In this document: positions 60,230 through 64,000 of the stretch, piece after piece
How positions within the stretch are numbered: the stretch's first letter is position 1
Layout: each line of letters starts with the position of its first letter
From: Balanoglossus misakiensis
Lineage: Eukaryota; Animalia; Hemichordata
Assembly (NCBI GenBank): GCA_040954595.2
Contig: CM082576.2
Span: 19,701,028-19,765,027, forward strand
DNA length: 64,000 nucleotides
Reading direction: 5' to 3'
The notes under the pieces: generated by a model
The model's database searches: none
Seen by the model: only the letters and a program-made list of their open reading frames with translations
Told to the model about the DNA's origin: nothing
Translations under genes and position numbers: made by a program

Positions 60230-62739
60230 GTGAGTACTGTCAAATGTTGCACAAATAGCCGTTAAACCTGAAATATAGATTGAAAGTGGATATTGTTTTA
60301 CACAATTTTTGAACATTGAAGTAAAGTATTAGAATGATGGAATCCGATAAAAAAAGTGAGTTGGTAATTTCGGCATCCGACTTCGTTATTAAAAATGGAA
60401 AGGTTTGCGATTCGGTTCAAGTAGTATTTGCAAGTTTGAAAGGAAATATTTCATTGAAGTACAGTGGCAACTACTGCATTATTGAGAATCTTTGAAATGT
60501 TGATGAACGGAGACTTATAATAGAATAAATGAAAACCTACCTTTAACGGTGTTAGGGTTACTACACCTGACAGACCGCTGGTCTGCGTCCGACCGATTCT
60601 GAGCTCCTAGCTCTTGTGGAGACATGCGGAGGTACAGCGGGTTAACGGTTAGGAAGTGTTGATGAAAGGAATGATTAATTACATAGGCCAATCAGGATCC
60701 TGGAGTTAGATATTCGAGTGAAATGGTGGAAAAACGGGAATGCCGATTGGTTCAATTTAACCGGAGGGAAATTGCTACATTATATGACGTCAGTTGCGAA
60801 CGATAATGCATATATTAAGCTAAGGTTGAATCCGGTTTTTCCATCAAGCACAAGCATATTTCAGTCATAAAAAAACGAAGAGAATAACACTAAAAAAATA
60901 TTTCCTTTTTAAAAACTTCACTATAGCATTATTATAATGATGTACGTCGTACATAAAATGATACACGTGACATCGACTTGTTCAGAGTTTTAAAACAGGT
61001 AGAGAGTGCCCATGGGTAACCCGAAAACACACAAACCGGGTAAAAAATGAAAGTCCTGCGAAGGCCAGGAGTATACACTGAAAAATTACAATAAATCTAG
61101 TACAAAAGTTTGTATCCTCACGAATAATTAACTCTGATTGCATAAGTTTATTTCCGTCTCATTACCTTCTGAAAGCAAATCACTCACTTGCCGGTAAAAG
61201 TTGAGTAAAATACTACATCTAAACTGCATAGCGATGGCGGCCCATAAAAATAATTGCCCAGTGTCCCACTCGCAATGCACAACTTTTTAGGCCAAGTGCT
61301 AATGATATTCGAATTTTCGAAGGTTACGCAATATACACATACATGTATAAATATTAATTTACGAACAATTTCCAGTGTTCACGCTGGGATTTCTTTCGTT
61401 CTAGTTTACTCGTTATATAATGTACCAATTCCCTCCGGTAAGTTGAGCCGATTCCCATCACTTTGAGCCAATCGATATTCATGGTTTTTCAGCATTTCAG
61501 TCGACTATATTTACACCTGTTGCATGTCTTTGCAGTTTTTGACTTGACGCTTACAACCGAGTCGCACCGCACGCAGTACTATCTTGTTGTCTTCATGTTT
61601 AGTTGTTGTTTTGCGCACACTATTTGCACAAAAATATCTGCTCGTTTTGTTATCAACGATCGAGTATATGTTAGGAAGTCCGACATAGAGAACTTTGTTC
61701 TAAATATTCAATGCCCCACAAATGATGTACTAGACTGCTCGACACAACACACCCCAGCCATACTCCATTAGTACACGCCACAAACACCGTATTTATACAG
61801 CCTGAGGGATTTCAGCTTCGAACTTATTGCCCAATCATATTCGACTATTTCCAACCAATCCCCTTCTGACTAATTGACCAATCACACGCTTCGAGCATAA
61901 TTTCCAAAAAAGGGAAAACTAACGAATTTGCTACATCTTTCCGGTTTCATCTTCAACAGTTTCTAACATTTTTTTGGACCCCCCCCCCCCCTCGATAAAC
62001 ACCCATACTCAAAGGGTAACTTCATTTAATTGTCAGTAAATAAAATCAATTCACAGTCTTATTACATGTACTATTTATAATATACTCAAATTTCCACTAC
62101 AAAATATCTGTATATGTGCGTTAAATTCTGAAATCTTTCCACCCAAACCTCTAGTTATGCAAATTTAAATTGCTGTCTGATGCGTTCGCCTACGGTTTCT
62201 CATTTTCGGACATTCGAATCTAACTCCTGATTGGCCTATAAACTTATTTCTTTCATCAACACTTTCTAACCGTTAACCCGCTGTACCTCCGCATGTCTCC
62301 ACAAGAGCTAGGAGCTCAGAATCGGATGAACGAGACAAGCGGTCTCTCACGTTTAGTAACCGTAACACCGTTAAAGGTAGGTTTTCATTGATTCTAATAA
62401 GTCTCCGTTCATCAACATTTCAAAAATTCTCCATAACCATCCGACTTCGTTATTAAAAATGGAAAGATTTGCGATTTGAGATTCGGTTACCATTTGCAAG
62501 TTTGAAAGGAAATATTTCATTGAAGTACAGTGGCAACTACTGCATTATTGAGAATCTTTGAAATGTTGATGAACGGAGACTTATAATAGAATAAATGAAA
62601 ACCTACCTTTAACGGTGTTAGGGTTACTACTACGGCAACCGAGAAGGCTCATGAAATAAGAATACTATTTGCGACTTTTTTTTTTAATTCTTGTTCGTTT
62701 TTGTGTTTATACTTAACATCTTAGCTTGAATTTTCTTTA

Positions 62740-63165
62740 ACTTTGTTTTTAACTTTTAATTTCTGTTTAATTTTAACTTTAATTTTAACTTTAACTTTGA
62801 TTTCGATTTCGATTTTGATTTACGAAATAAAAAACGATCTAGATTTTGATTTTGATTTCCATTTCGATTTTGATTTCGATTTCGATTTTGATTTACGAAA
62901 TGAAGAACGATCTAGATTTTGATTTCGATTTCGATTTTGATTTTGATTTCGATTTCGATTTTGATTTACGAAATGAAAAACGATCTGAATTTTGATTTTG
63001 ATTTTGATTTTGATTTCGATTTTGATTTACGAAATAAAAAACGATCTGAATTTTGATTTCGATTTCGATTTTGATTTTGATTTTGATTTTGATTTTGATT
63101 TCGATTTTGATTTTGATTTTGATTTTGATTTCGTTTTTGATTTTGATTTCAATTTTGATTTCGTT
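62740..63165. repeat. (TTTTGA/TTTCGA)n hexamer minisatellite with recurring tacgaaat.aaaaacgatct spacer
   Basis: Direct reading. The spacer recurs at ~62822, 62895, 62967 and 63028. Confidence 0.9.
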
Positions 63166-64000
63166 TTTCCAACCTTTGAACTTGATACCTGTGGACCAAT
63201 AAAAAAGGCTTTATGCAAATATCCAGTATTGTTGAATCGGCTCGGAAGTGGGAAGACAAATCCCAGCAGACAAAACTCTGGCGTGGAACGTAGCAGACAA
63301 AATACGTAATCCACTTTAAAACTTCAATTTTGGACAGTAGACTTAAATATTACCTCAATTAAACTAATCGAAATTAAAATATCCTATATTTAGCTGGAAA
63401 AATCACGCCACGGATGGAAATCGCCGACGAAAAATATACTCCCTTCGCGACCGTGCGTTACTTCCTGGTTAAACATTGTGTAAAGTGTGAGGCCACTGTC
63501 CTTTATCAGCAAAACAATACACATGTATAGTCTTAAGGAGGATCATAATGACAGTTTTATGTTGCGACTTACAGGTGATTCTCTGACCATACCAATAGAA
63601 TGATGGGCCATTTACCACATAATTTGGTAAAAACCATAACATGAAATATTATTTAGTTTCAAACTAAAATAATTAAAAAATGCTCAGAGCCTTTAAACTA
63701 GTCTATGATATTAACATAAAATTCATGGATTTACTCAAACATTTGCATTAAAATGTTAAATGTAACTGTACGGCTCTAAGGCACGTATAAGCAGTTTGTA
63801 GCTTCAAGTGTTATACCGTCCCATTGTCCCTGTCTCTACAAGTTGACCCCATCCTCGATCAGGATAGCTGAAAATCAGAGGTCAAAGGTCAAATACGCTT
63901 AAAAAGCTGTTTTTGGCATAAATTTGTCTAAATGTCTTTAATATTTTGTGTTCAATCATTGCACATTTAGTTACTCTTTCACATGAAATAAAATGTGCAA

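Larger units (their letters stand above)
46993..62630. repeat. Large nested inverted-repeat (foldback) complex
   Basis: Inverted pairs: 46993-47378 with 60259-60643; 47393-48255 with 58897-59791; 49020-49330 with 57230-57535; 59200-59370 with 59820-59980; 60470-60720 with 62210-62435. 62438-62630 repeats 60376-60560 directly. Confidence 0.9.

Noticed and set aside
62992-63314. FD-repeat and KS-repeat ORFs; telomere-like tract
   Set aside because: Hexamer TTTTGA/TTTCGA minisatellite. It is not TTAGGG and shows no coding evidence.

Overview
Eukaryotic, AT-rich, intron-containing DNA, probably from a marine invertebrate (inferred from the repeat and gene families); it is not prokaryotic. Main content: (1) An 86-bp satellite array (5717-22012) is interrupted by an apparently intact 10.67-kb EnSpm/CACTA-type transposon (10914-21583, CCC..GGG ends, TA TSD). 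The transposon carries two divergent spliced genes: a 970-aa transposase and a 7-exon, 393-aa BEN-domain protein with a histone-H3-tail-like GGKCPR motif. (2) A decayed L2/CR1 LINE and several MITEs. (3) The 3' half of an Uninflatable/SVEP1-like receptor gene on the minus strand (pentraxin-EGF-HYR-sushi-GCC2/3-EGF-TM-NPxY) with two frameshifts and a dead splice acceptor. (4) A recent Gypsy (Mag-like) LTR element in one of its introns, with identical LTRs, an atypical QRDD RT motif, substituted RNase H catalytic residues and a chimeric internal duplication. (5) A ~16-kb nested inverted-repeat complex (47-62.6 kb) holding scrambled copies of a spliced OB-fold-like gene, a long-TIR Tc1/mariner relic, a 309-bp tandem array and a tRNA-like cloverleaf. 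All exon models and alignments were read by eye; no database searches were run.
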